A stretch of 64,000 bases of DNA, taken from assembly GCA_964188305.1 (NCBI GenBank), contig OZ076886.1; one strand, 5' to 3'. The stretch is from Podarcis bocagei. Lineage: Eukaryota. Below the pieces are notes generated by a model that worked only from the letters and a program-made list of their open reading frames with translations, was not told where the DNA came from and made no database searches. A program made the position numbers and the translations under genes. This document shows, one piece after another, positions 13,251 through 25,464 of the stretch (its first letter is position 1; each line of letters starts with the position of its first letter).

Positions 13251-14439
13251 GAGTCCAACATCATTTTGCTGGGATGGGAAAAGGTTGACCCTCCATAAGT
13301 TGGACTACAACCCGTATTTCCTGATCCTAGGGTCACATAGGCTGGGGCATACGTTGGGTGTCTAGCAACATATACAGAGGACCATAGGTTCCCTGACCCT
13401 GGCCTATTAAAGATATATGTTTAATATGCATAAAATGTAGTGTCTGGATGAATTGATGTAAAGGAAGACATGAAAGGGTTTGCATCTGCAAAGAGAAGTT
13501 TGCATTAGACAGGAGGTTAAACTCTAGGTATATGCCACAAGGAGAGTGTTTAAGGCTGATTGGTGACTCATCCTGGAAACAAGCTGAGAGCTCTCTCAAC
13601 AGGACATAAAACCTGAGAACTCAGCATCTTCCTCAGTCTTTGGAGCCAGCAGCAGTAGAAATGAAGCTGGGCTATCCTGAAGAAGCAAGATGCTTGCACA
13701 GGATGTCTCTCTTGGATCAGAGAGAGTAAATCTACTGACATTTATTAAGGACCAAAAAGAAGGCGGCACTGCATTGTTTTAGAGCAATGTGCTATTTTGT
13801 ATTTTGCAACTTTTATTTGCAACTATTTTAAGACTGTTCTGCAGTCTAAAGCTTCGAAGTCCGTTCTCCGGGTGGAGAGCTAATTCATTTCCGCTCTGCA
13901 CAAGGTCCGGATCAGGGATTCCGTTTGCAACAACAACTCTGAACATGGCCTAGATAGAGTGGGTCCCAAACCTCCCAAGTCAGCAAGCAGCGGTGGTGTT
14001 GACTGCTGGTGCTCCTCAGCAGGAGCCCATCCGGAGGACTGGCGCTTGCGGGTTGATGCATCCAGGCTCGCCAGCTCGCCCGCGTGCATGTGTATGCAAT
14101 CCATTCCCGCTCCATGAAAATCAATGATACTCTTGCTGCGCGGCGGCGGCGGCAGCGACAGAGGCTTCTCTTCCCCTCCAAAGGTCTAGTGAGATCTATG
14201 GGTTGCTTTTGCAGCCGGGATGCGCACGTGCCCGCACACATTTTCCCCTCCTTTAGCCACGCCCCTCAGAATCCCTCCTAGCTAAAAAGAACCTGTGCGG
14301 CTCTTTCTCCCTTCGCCCAATCTCTACTGCAGGGCAAGAGAAGGAGGGAAAGAAGAACGGAACCGGGTGAAGAAAAGGGGAGAGGAGAAAAAGAAGGAGA
14401 AGGTGGGGGAGGCGGAGCTAACACTGAAGCGGCTCGGAT

Positions 14440-14868
14440 AGTTGGCAGACGCCGTGTTCTTCCTCGCCGTTCTTTTAATCTGCCTCTCCCTCACCCTCGC
14501 CGCCCCACCGGCAGCCGAGGAGTAGATTTGGGGAGGAGGAGGGTGGGGTTGGCTCTCGGCGACCGCCAACACCAGCAGCGCCGCCGCCGCCGCCGCCGCC
14601 ACAGCGCTCCCAAATTCGCCTCCGTCCGGCATTCCGGCTCCTCAGCAGCCCTCGAGGCTTCGCACCCCGCAGCGGGAAAGCAGGACTCTCCGGGCGCGAG
14701 CGTAAAAATATAATAATAAAGCGCGGAAGGGAGAGAGAGAGAAGAGCCGCCTCAGCGCGCCGCTACCACCAGCGGCGGCAGCGGCTTGTCTTGCTTGCTT
14801 CCTTCGCCAGCCTGGGAGCTCTGCCCGCAGCCGCTCGGAGGAGCGTCTTGGCAGCTTCCCGCGTCAAG
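14440..14868 (+). other. Putative non-coding first exon (5'UTR); transcription start approximate
   Basis: Downstream of the promoter motifs, contains no ATG, and ends at the consensus donor CAAG|GTAAGG (14868/14869). Confidence 0.65.
14580..14600 (+). repeat. (GCC)7 trinucleotide repeat in the putative 5'UTR
   Basis: Direct reading. Confidence 0.95.
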
Positions 14869-15653
14869 GTAAGGCTCGGGTTGGGCTGCGCGTCCCGGAG
14901 TGCAGCGCCGTGTTTGTTGTGAGGGGAAGGAGGAGGGGGCGCGCGGGCGGGTGTGGGGGAAAGAGCGGGAAAAGGCGCCTTTCTCTCTCTCTCTCTCTCT
15001 CGCTTCACAGTGGTGGGTCGCTGCTGCCTTTGAAGGGAAAGAGCAGGTGCTTCCACCAAAAAAAGGAGGGGGTTCGTTTGGGTATGTGGAGAAAGAGAAA
15101 CAGTTCAAGGCAGCGTCTGCACCACCATCAATCCCACCCAGGCTGTCCTTTCCCCTCTCGTGCACAGCCTCTGCCTCCAGCTCTTTTTCTCTTAGCTCGG
15201 GCATGGATTCAGTCTTATTCTCGCGGGAGGTGGGTGGGTGGGCTCCGGGCTTCTCTTGGCATGCACAATTTTGGCCCTCGGATTTGAGCGACACTCTCCC
15301 CCACACTCCCCGAGTCAACAAGTTTTATTGGTGGCGCGAGGACCCGGGCGCTTCTAGTTCTCCTTCGAGCTGTGGAGGCTGGTGTTTTGCCAAACTGTCT
15401 GCTGGGTTTTGCAGTTTCGCCTGCAGCACTTCGGCTGCGTGGTCGGTTTGCTTTGAAGCCCCGTCGTGCAGAGCGTAGCGGCCCGTGATTTGCCTCCGTT
15501 CAAAAACAAAACAAAAAAAAACTTCCCGCGCGCTTACTTCAGAGTAATTTCCTTGCACGTCTGTCCGCGCCCTGCTCTGGGGTAAGACAGCGGATGCTGC
15601 AAGACCTGGGCTTTGTGAACCTGGCTGTAAAATTAGCTCCGCTGAACTCGGTG

Positions 15654-15845
15654 GGACTTGCTCAGAGTGGTAGAGCTTTGCATGCAGAAGGTCCCAGGTT
15701 CAAACCCTGGCATCTCCAGGTAGAGCAGGGAGGGAGGGAAAGAGACCTCTGCCTGAAACCTTGGGCGAGCAGCTGCCAGCCCGTGTTTTCATTACTGAGG
15801 TAGATGGACCGGTGTATGCTCTGATTCTGAGCAAATATGCAGGAC
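15654..15845 (+). mobile_element. Squam3-like tRNA-derived SINE
   Basis: A-box-like gctcagagtggtagagc, B-box ggttcaaaccc, body ggcatctccaggtag...ctgcctgaaaccttgg...gctgccag. Confidence 0.8.
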
Positions 15846-16608
15846 TGGAGTGTGGAAGAAGGTGGAGTGGCTGAGATTGCCACCCAAACAGAGTTTGCAT
15901 AAGGAGCGAGAGTGCTCTGGTAGGGAAGGGCTGCTGCCAAATAGATTTTCCTACTGAAATGGAGTGGGAAGGGGAAAACTATGGTATGCAAAATTACGAC
16001 TCCCCCCCCCTCCTCCCATGAAAAGAAGTAGTGATGGTGCGACAGGGTACTGATGGGCATCAGACTCGATCCTTCTTCCTATGTGAGTCTATCTTCCGCA
16101 CAATTCCCACTCAGGGTTTACCCAGAGGAGTACAGATACGGAGATTAACTTTGCTAGATAGCAGTTATCTTTTCCAGTCACCTTTGCAGAGAGACAGCAA
16201 ACAGGCGATATGTATCAGCCCCTCGTTCTTGTCTTTTAACAAATGGAATGAGCAAAAAGGAGAGAGTCTGGGCAGTGGTGTGGTGGATCCTGGGATAAAC
16301 AGACGTTTGGATGATAAAACCCTGGTCAGGTTTTGCCTGAGCTCCTATTAGTACTCCAGTGTTGGTCCAGAGATGTTCAATTATATCTTTGGAAGCAGAA
16401 ACAAGCAAACACAAAAGCAACTGATGTCTTGCAGGAATGGGAAGCTGGGTGTTACAAGCAGCAAGTTAACAGCTCTTCCACTGCACACCCTCCTCCAGTG
16501 TCGAATACAAGGAACTAGTTTCCTTTTATTTACTATGCAAATTAAAAGATTGGGTCTTACTGTATGTAGGTTGAAATATGCCCAGGAAAAGGATAAGAAA
16601 AGTGATAC

Positions 16609-16610
<2 letters not shown>

Positions 16611-16650
<40 letters not shown>
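16611..16650. repeat. (GT)n microsatellite
   Basis: Direct reading. Confidence 0.97.
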
Positions 16651-16652
<2 letters not shown>

Positions 16653-19600
16653 TTGTTTGTGCATGTACACACATGTAGAGTACAACTATTGGGTTAATCT
16701 TGTGTAAATTCTTGGGACAACTTTTACGGATGCAAACAAGTGTTCCTTTTTCCAGTTTTCAAATTCTGTCTTCCCAAGGGTGGTTGTTAGCTTTCTGTGT
16801 TGCGAGCAACATAATGCAGCATGTTGTGTCACTTACCCAGACAGAAATGACTTGCTCAGTAAACTACAAATGAAATGATGCTGCTTGCATAACAAGTGAG
16901 GCTAGTTAGTTACATACTGATTTTCATTTAAGGTAAATGAAAGCAGGATAGCTGTCACTGTGTTTGTGGTTATTTGTGCTCTGTAGGGAAGGAGATACTA
17001 AAATCCGAGAGATCTATCATTCAAAAATAATGAAAATATATTTTATTTATATTTATTCTCCCCTCCCCCCACCCACCCGACTAAGCTACTTTTTGAAATG
17101 TGTTTAAAATGATCTATATAAATCCATACATCATTTTTGGTTTTTGTGTTTTTTAAGGTTGTTATAGATTTTGTGTTAAAACTTCTGTACTGCCTTAATG
17201 AAATTATTACTTTTAGAATAATAAATGATGCTGTTGAAAGTGCTAGGTTGAGTGTGAATCAAAAACTACAAACATTTCACTGCTTGGGACCCTGAACACA
17301 CTAAATTAGAAATAATTACCGCTTCTTCTCCAGGGACCAACTTTTGAGCAGGGGTGAAGGTGGACATACATTTTTAAGTGGGTTGGGATGGAAGTAGTTT
17401 GGAAACAGCTCTGCTGCATTTTGAGGCATTTGTTTCCATCTCACTCTTTATAGGCTGAACTGCGCAGTTTAGAATCTCTGCCTGTGCCTGTGTTAATTTA
17501 TGGGCAATCATTGCTTGAAGTTGTGTATTTCCATAGTATCTCTCTTGCCTTGTGGATGCAAGTTACAAAACCATTTCTGTTTGACAGTAGTTGAATGCCA
17601 CCATCTGGATTCATTCCTAATATTAGGGGATCATATGAGCAACACTACTGCATGTTTTTCTTTAAAAAAACAACAACCCAGCAGCTGCTGTGGTTTATCT
17701 GAGGGTACTTCTATAACTGAAATAGGCTGTAAGCCACAGCTGGTAAGGAAAGAATAAGTTGACACACACCCAGTCAACAAGGTTTGACATGAGTGTTATA
17801 ACGCCGAGGTGATAATTATGGCTGCTGTAGACAAACAGTTCGTTGTAAGCAAGTTCCATTGAAATTAGTGGCCACACATGTGTAGTGTCTAAAATTGGAA
17901 TGCAATGGTGGTTACTGCCACTTGTGGAAATAAGTAAGACTGTTTCTGTGCCTCCTCAAACCACAAGTGCTGTTTCCCTTACCAGTGGTTAGAATTGTGT
18001 CGTGCAAACTGAAAATGTGAAATCGCAAGGCATATTTATAAGCTGTTAAAACAATTTAGATGATAAAATAGTTGTCAGTTGCATGGTACACACAGGCCAA
18101 GTACAGTGTGCTGTCAATTGTGTGCTGTCAGAATTCTGCATGATGCATCTTTCACTTCTGGTATGAATAGCTTTACTGGGTCATTGATCTGGTTTCTGAC
18201 TATAACCATATTCAGATGCTTTTCTGTAGGTGTTAACATCATAGATTAGAAAACTTGGTTCCATTTTGCAGTTAAAGTTGTCAGGAATATCTAAACCTGC
18301 TATTCATTGGCATAGATACCCTTAGTATCCTAATAGCTGTTCATTCCCCACCACCACCACGTTTTCCCATAATCTCATATATATTGCACTGCAGGAAATG
18401 TATGTCTCCTTATGTATAACCCTTTGCCTTCTCATTGTAATCTTTCAAGCTTGGCCATACAGCTTGTCACGATATTCCTAAATATAACCTCTTATATCTT
18501 CTACAGAACTACTTGGGAACATAAAAAGAGTTCTAGTACATCAGACCAAAGATCCATCTAGTTCAACATCCCTCTTCCATAGAGCCCTACCAGAAGCCTC
18601 CGGGAATCCCTTTCTCTTTAATAGACAATGATTTTGTTCTCTTGCAGCATGTGGCGTCTGTCTGAGTGTATGCTAATATTCTACCTGTACTCTAAGCATT
18701 TTATAGTATAATGGAAGACCTGATGCTTAGCCAATTAAAAGACTCTCATTGACTTTGCCATGGCCTAAGCACTGAATTCATAGGAAGCTATCCAGTATAA
18801 CATTTGCAATGTGGACAAAATTACTTTCTAGCTTGACTGATGTTGGGAAATAATGCATTGCTGGTAGCTTAAAATAGTCGGAAGAAGTGCTTGCTAGTGC
18901 TCTTTAACCTTTTTCAGGCCTGTGGACAAATTGAGCAAGGCTCTTTGGGCCTTGGGCAGGAATACTGAGCAGTGTTCCCCTCCCCCAACTGGTAGAAGCA
19001 CTATGTCTGCTTCTTGATAAGATATCAGTCTTTTAAATTTTATTTCTGGAAGACAGAAAGAATGAGGTCGTCTAAGTTAAAGATAAGCACAGAAGTGTAG
19101 CAAAATCAGTTCATTCTAAAGGATGGATCAATCTATGATTTCAAGTTCAATTTTAAAAATTCAGATTTCAATTCAGAATTATTACTTTTTAGTAATGTGA
19201 GCTTATCAGCATTTTAGTGTTATCCCTGGGTTTCATCCTAAAATAATATGACTGCAGTACACAAGCTTTTTCTGCAGGAAATTGTTAGCCAGCATCCTTA
19301 ATATCAATTGGATATAAATGAATTTGAGGACTTTACAATAGCCCCTCTAATTTCCTCACTTCTCATGTGCTGCATTAGCCTCAATTTCACTGTGTTTATT
19401 ATCCTGTGGGCTTAAACTGTTCTATGATGGTTAAGGATGATGCCACTACTAAATGCAGCTAGAGCTTGATTCTTATATGGGCCCTATAATTTATATCTGT
19501 TTCCAGTGAGTATAAACACATTATATTGTACAGGATTGGAGAAATGGAAGGATAAAGGTACATTAGTGCTAGAGGTGCACACCCTTCTACATAATACAAC

Positions 19601-20277
19601 AATTACTTCTGCTGTTTAGTAGTCATATCACACTTCTAATATGCAACATGCTTTACAGTTTTTCATTCTCTTTGCCCTAACATAATCCTTGGAAGTATGT
19701 ACAATATTCCCATTTTATGACTGTGGAACTGTGACCGAGAAAATAATTTGCTCAGGGCCATGGCAGGGTAATGATTCAGACCCACATTTCACAGAACCAA
19801 ATACAGTGGTATAAATCTGGCATACTGCACTGACTCTCATTTATTGCTGGTGTACACATTTTGTTTATGCACTTAACTTTATTTACATGTATCACCCTCC
19901 TTACTTACTTGTGTGTGTATGTGGGTCTATTCAGATATGTTTCATGGGACCAGTGTTGCTACACATGCCATTTCTGTAGCCAATAATTGCCACAAGGCAG
20001 TAAAAGATACCATATTAATCAGATGAGGGGTGGCTATCCTGAGTGCATTTTTACATGGGGTTTCATTCATTCTCCATTAATCCCATAAACCAGAGTTAAA
20101 ATTGCATGTATCCCAAAACTGTTGCTTGAGTTCCACAGTTGCTCAGGTGAATTAACTAGTGGTGTGTAGCAAGAAGTCTTGCCATGCAACCACCCCTTGT
20201 GTTTTCCTCTTCCCACTTCTTGCTAAGAACATTTTCCAAAAGTGTTAAGAATATCCCTTACTACATCCCCTTGGGTT

Positions 20278-20504
20278 GTTGTTGTTTAGTCGTTTAGTCG
20301 CGTCCGACTCTTCGTGACCACATGGACAAGAGCACGCCAGGCACTCCTGTCTTCCACTGCCTCCCGCAGTTTGGTCAGACTCATGTTTGTAGCTTCGAGA
20401 ACACTGTCCAACCATCTCGTCCTCTGTCGTGCCATTCTTCTTGTGCCCTCAATCTTTCCCAACATCAGGGTCTTTTCCAGGGAGTCTTCTCTTCTCATGA
20501 GAAC
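20278..20504 (-). mobile_element. BovB (RTE) LINE, 5'-truncated
   Basis: ORF MRREDSLEKTLMLGKIEG...RWLD...LREAVEDRSAWRALVH..TKSRTRLND; (CAA)n tail; 11-bp TSD ccccttgggtt at 20267-20277 and 20505-20515. Confidence 0.95.
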
Positions 20505-21386
20505 CCCCTTGGGTTATGCTTATGTAATCACTCCTTTTGTCATAACTGTTCTGGTTGAGTCTAGCCTTCTGGCTGAAAGCAGGAATTGTAATGCATACCT
20601 TTTGTACCTATGAAGCAGAAGAGGAGAGCATGGCTGAAGTACATGCCTTGTCCTTTTTGGAGAAAATAACTGCAATTGGTAACTCGCCAGCCACATGTTC
20701 ACAAGCAGCTTGGCCACATGCCTCTTTGCTGTTCTACATTTGGAGCCTGCTTCCAACAAATGTCCATTGGGTGATGTCAGTCCATGTGTATCTCTGTGCA
20801 CCTACCCTCATAGCTGAATAGAGAAGAGTGTAGATTTTGTGTCTTGTGTGCTCCGCTTTGGAGGCTATCTGTTGAAGCTAATAAATATGTAAGATCACAT
20901 GCCTAAAATACAAGGCTTTTGCTTTGATTCATTTATCTTTTTTAGCCCAAGTCTCATTAGCTCTCTTAGTCAATAATGCCACGTTTACAATTAAGATATA
21001 GATCTGGATCCAGAATTTTTGCATTTATAAAACTGTGCCTCCCTACATTCTCCTCATTGCATCTCTCTGTGTTCCCCAAAAAGCCTCTTCTGAGAGTCAG
21101 GGGCCTGGTGCTTGGAAGGAGAAAGTGGGAGTAAGTATAGGCAGCTTCTCTAGCATGACTGTCTCCACAACACTCATGTTAAGTTTTCGTTTCTGACACC
21201 ACTTAACTGGGATGGGGTTGTTGGTCATACTGAAGTTAAGCTGACCTACTCTAGCTCATGGGTCACCAGTATGGCAGGTGCACACCCACTCACAGAGGCT
21301 TTCTTTGGCAACTGCAGTGTGCCTTCTATGGCACTCTTCCTTCTGCAAAAATTAGCCTTGAAATAGAGTATTCTATTGCACCCAGT

Positions 21387-21549
21387 GGGGACGACAGAGA
21401 ATGAGATGGTTGGATGGTGTTCTTGAAGCTACCAGCATGAGTTTGATCAAACTGCGGGAGGCAGTGGAGGACAGAAGTGCCTGGCGTGCTCTGGTCCATG
21501 GGGTCACGAAGAGTCGGACACGACTAAACGACTAAACAACAACAACAAC
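21387..21549 (+). mobile_element. BovB LINE, 5'-truncated
   Basis: ggtccatggggtcacgaagagtcggacacgactaaacgactaaacaacaac end; 12-bp TSD attgcacccagt at 21375-21386 and 21550-21561. Confidence 0.95.
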
Positions 21550-21661
21550 ATTGCACCCAGTAGAATAGTTTACAGCGTGTGTGTGTGTATGCCCGCAACA
21601 GCTTTTTCTTTTTACAAATGTGCCCATGGGCCCCAAATGATTGTAAACCATTGCTCTAGTC

Positions 21662-21879
21662 CAGGGGTTGGCAACCTGTGGTCCATGGGCTACCAGCGGC
21701 CCGCAGGGGTTGTTTAAAGGACCCACAAGCCGCCCCCGAATCGAGCCACCCACTTGGCGAGTCCCCACACTCTGCACTAAACCGGTGCAATACGGAGCGG
21801 GGACACGTTCCCGCGGCGCTGGAAATCACGTCTGCGCAGACACGATCCGGCCCAGGCGAGGTAAATCTTGCTGACCCTT
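21662..21879. mobile_element. hAT MITE
   Basis: caggggttggcaa ... ttgctgaccctt termini; 8-bp TSD ctctagtc/ctctggtc. Confidence 0.8.
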
Positions 21880-23463
21880 CTCTGGTCTGCTGAACGTGAA
21901 GATGCATATGAATCATTAATACTTTGAGTTGTAACTGGCTGTGTTCTACTCAGAGTAGACTCACTGAAATTAATGGCCCTAAGTTAGTCTGATAGTCTAT
22001 TAACTTCAGTAGAACTGATGAAAATATACAAATATTTATACAAAAATAAAAATGCAGTGATACAAGACAGTATAAACAATATCCTTAAAAGCACACCATG
22101 CTGGCAGACAAAAATTCAGGGATAATCAACTAAAGAAAGGTGTGAAACTGACCATTCCATTTCTTCAAATGCCTGGGAGTAGTGTACATTTTATTTTTAG
22201 CTCTAAAATGGTAAGAGTCCAGGACAGACTATACCCATATATTCTTTTCCCCAAACATGTAATTCTGCTTTATAGCTTCCCACGTGCCTTTTTACTGTGT
22301 AGCAAAGCCTTCAAACTGTTGTCAGTTCTCAGTCCTGATTTCCAGTAATGCCTCCTCACCTAGGCCCTATCTAGGAAATGAAGGATTAAACTTCACATAC
22401 AACTGAGATTTATAAGATATGAAGACAAGCTTTTTGTTTACTTGCATATTTTGTGATGGGCTCATGAAGTTAGAGGAGAAACCAGGAATTCCTTTATCAG
22501 AAAAGTTCCTGAGGAAAGTGTGGTAGGGAATGTGTTGGCCTTGTACACACGTAGCAGCAAACCATAGTTAAGGATTTAGTGTGAATGTATGGATACTGCC
22601 TGCTTTGCTCTTTCCTACTAATGTGCAGAAGAAGCAGATAGCAATCTTTAGCTTAGTGTTGTACCTAAACTGCAGATTGCGGAGGGCATTTTGCTGCAAA
22701 GAAACAACAGCTTGCTGTAGCAAGATTTATTCTTGGCTTATTAACCATAGTTTGTTTCAGCAAAACCAATCACAATATCTGCTGCAGAGATACCTGTTAT
22801 CTCTGTGTACGTATACAGTTCTCACACATGTTTAATGGCCTTAATGTTAACTTATGGGGGTTGCATGTGGGAGATAGCAGGGTTTGCCCCCTCCGTGTGT
22901 GTGTGTGTGTGTGTTTACAAAAAAGTGGCCCTTTACAGTTTGTGTGCATGTCTGTGAGGGAGATTTTATTGGTCTGCTGTTTACCATGTTGCTTCTACAG
23001 CACAGATACTTGCAGTTCCATTCATATTTGATACTTTACAGAGTATATCCTTCTCCATTAGTTTTGCACTACATAAGAAAAGTCACATTCGGAGCTCTCT
23101 CAGGGGTTAACCTGGCAATCATACTTGAGATTACATTTTTGCTGAGAAAATGTCATAGCATCCCGAGATATGTTTTAGTGAATAAATAATCTGTGTGCTG
23201 TTTTTCAGAAGGTACTTTTTTCCCTGCAACACTGTGAGTAGCTGCAATTTGCACATTAAGAGTCTATTTGGTTTTATTTATAGGAATCCTTGTTTGTGGT
23301 ATCTTGCATGCTATTTTTATGCAGTGAATTGCCTTGGCAGTATCTGTCTTAGGTACCACTGGTAAATATAAAACATGATAAACATCATATTTACTCTAGA
23401 GGAGTCTTATGAAAAATAATACAGTTGTAGTAGAGTAAGCAGAATATGCAGAACAGCCATATG

Positions 23464-23550
23464 GCACAATCTATGCATGCGTACTTGGAAATTAGTCCTG
23501 CTGTGTTCAGTGGGGCTTAGTTTTTGTTAAGTGTGTAAGGATTGCAGCCC
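23464..23550. repeat. Short palindromic dispersed repeat (gcacaatc...ggattgcagcc family)
   Basis: Inverted ends; degraded relatives near 11770-11850 and 33590-33690. Confidence 0.5.
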
Positions 23551-25141
23551 TAGTCTCGCTGGTGTATGGATGGATAGGCACATCTCTGTATGCTTAAGTG
23601 TGTTTTGTTATAAGACTAACAATAATCCTAGAGGTATTAGAAACACTTCCCTCCAAATGTTGGTATTATATGCCATCTTCAGAAATCATTCATGTAGTGG
23701 ACATCTCGGTACTCATAAACATCAGCAAGCAACAGGAAGTATATGAAATACACCAATGTCAAATTTTGACTGTAATTTAAGCTAATTGCCAGGAGTTTTA
23801 CTTTGGGCATTCTTGATGGTATTTGTAGTGATAAATACAAATATGGACATAAATACTTTACCACTGGTAATTCATTGATTTGATTATCAACTCTGTTATT
23901 CTTAACTATTAAGTCTAATTCACCAATATATTAATTGCTTGTTGTCTGCATACTTTTGCTGTAAATGAAACAAGCACAGCCAATTTGCATGGCTCTTCTC
24001 TTTGACTCTTCTATAGTTCTGTTCTACTTTTCCTGAAATGGTAAGAACTAAATGCATTATTTCAGGGTGCAGTATTTCACCTGCACAAAATTGAGTGATT
24101 ATTATCTTCTCCTGAGTCACTTGTTTTTCTTTACTTTGATTTTATGTTCTATGGTTTTGAAACTAGTTTTGCACCTGGTATTCCAATCTAAGTAAGAAAC
24201 TTTTAATTTTAGTTCTCCCCACTATAGTGTTTGTAATTTCAGATTTTTTTTTATCATTAGCAGGTTTGACATTACTTGCTGCTTCCTCTAAGGCATTAAA
24301 GAAAAGAGATTTTTACTTGTTAAAGTTAATGAACAAATTAGGGTTACTCTGACTAAAACATAGTTGAATCAAGGTAATATTTGAATGCCAAGATAGGAAA
24401 AAATGGAAGACAACATTCATATGAGTTTGACTCATGTCAAATTTTGAATTTTGAGGCATTTATACTTCAGTATTATTTGTTTTTCAACCCATGCTAATTG
24501 CTGAAAGGCCCCACAATATACAGTGCTGCATATGAACTGTGAAAATGACAAATGCTTAGAATTGCCTAGAATGACAATTCACTTTCACATAGTCATGTGT
24601 AAGGTTGATCAGGTAGCTTGCAGTTGGTCAAAGCTAGGCACGTGTATTTATTTTTCAGTCAGTGTTATAGAAAACTCATTAGGTTTGTAGATAAGCACAA
24701 ACCATTTTTTAAAACAGCAAAACAAAATTGTATACTATCATCTGCATTGTTCTGTTGACATCAGAATCTATAATAATCTAATACCTGTACTCCTAAAACT
24801 GCTGCCATTTATAAAAACCCTTTAAAGTCTTTGTGGTTTATTCTTAATATCCAGTCTATCAGGTTTTGACACCATACATTTGTACACAACCTGAAAAGTG
24901 TGTCGTTTTAGAATTGATGGTATGGTAAAGCCACAACAACCATCTCTCAAGGTTTACTAAATCATTCTTGAGGGATTCCAAAATGAATAAACATAACAGG
25001 ATTGATGGTAGTTTCTAAAATTAGTTCTAGGCCTTCTCTTCCTCTGCTGCTTCCACTGGTACTTGTCCTTATCCTTTGAGAGCCCCCTGCTTCAGTCTGA
25101 AAATTATACAGCTTAGTTGTAGCTTTTTCTTTTCTTTTTTT

Positions 25142-25464
25142 GGGGAGGACGCGGCTAGGACTTGCAGATCGCATGGTCGGCGGTTCGAATCCCAGCGGCG
25201 GGGTGCACTCCCGTTGCTCGGTCCCAGCGCCTGCCAACCTAGCAGTTCGAAAGCACCCCCGGGTGCAAGTAGATAAATAGGGACCGCTTACTAGCGGGAA
25301 GGTAAACGGTGTTTCCGTGTGTGGCTCTGGCTCGCCAGAGTAGCTTCGTCACTCTGGAAGTGTCTGCGGACAGCGCTGGCTCCCGGCCTCTAGAGTGAGA
25401 TGAGCGCACAACCCTAGAGTCTGTCAAGACTGGCCCGTACGGGCAGGGGTACCTTTACTTTACT
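25142..25464 (+). mobile_element. Sauria SINE (Squam1), lacertid-type
   Basis: ggtcggcggttcgaatccc B-box, gccaacctagcagttcgaaagc...gtgcaagtagataaatagg body, (ACYTTT)n-like tail; 14-bp TSD ttagttgtagcttt at 25113-25126 and 25465-25478. Confidence 0.95.

Larger units (their letters stand above)
13860..15600. promoter_or_regulatory. CpG island / promoter of an unidentified + strand gene
   Basis: Abrupt GC- and CpG-rich ~1.7 kb in a CpG-depleted background. E-box CACGTG 14225-14230, KLF/SP motif GCCACGCCC 14256-14264, CCAAT 14317-14321, GC-box-like GGGAGGCGGAGC 14407-14418. Confidence 0.85.

Noticed and set aside
14324-15558. Long overlapping ORFs in the CpG island (up to 192 aa)
   Set aside because: Expected in GC-rich DNA; low-complexity translations from microsatellites, no recognisable domain, and several cross the splice donor
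15654-15720. tRNA-like sequences (also at 25142, 27240 and 62780)
   Set aside because: They are SINE heads running into SINE bodies; no complete cloverleaf
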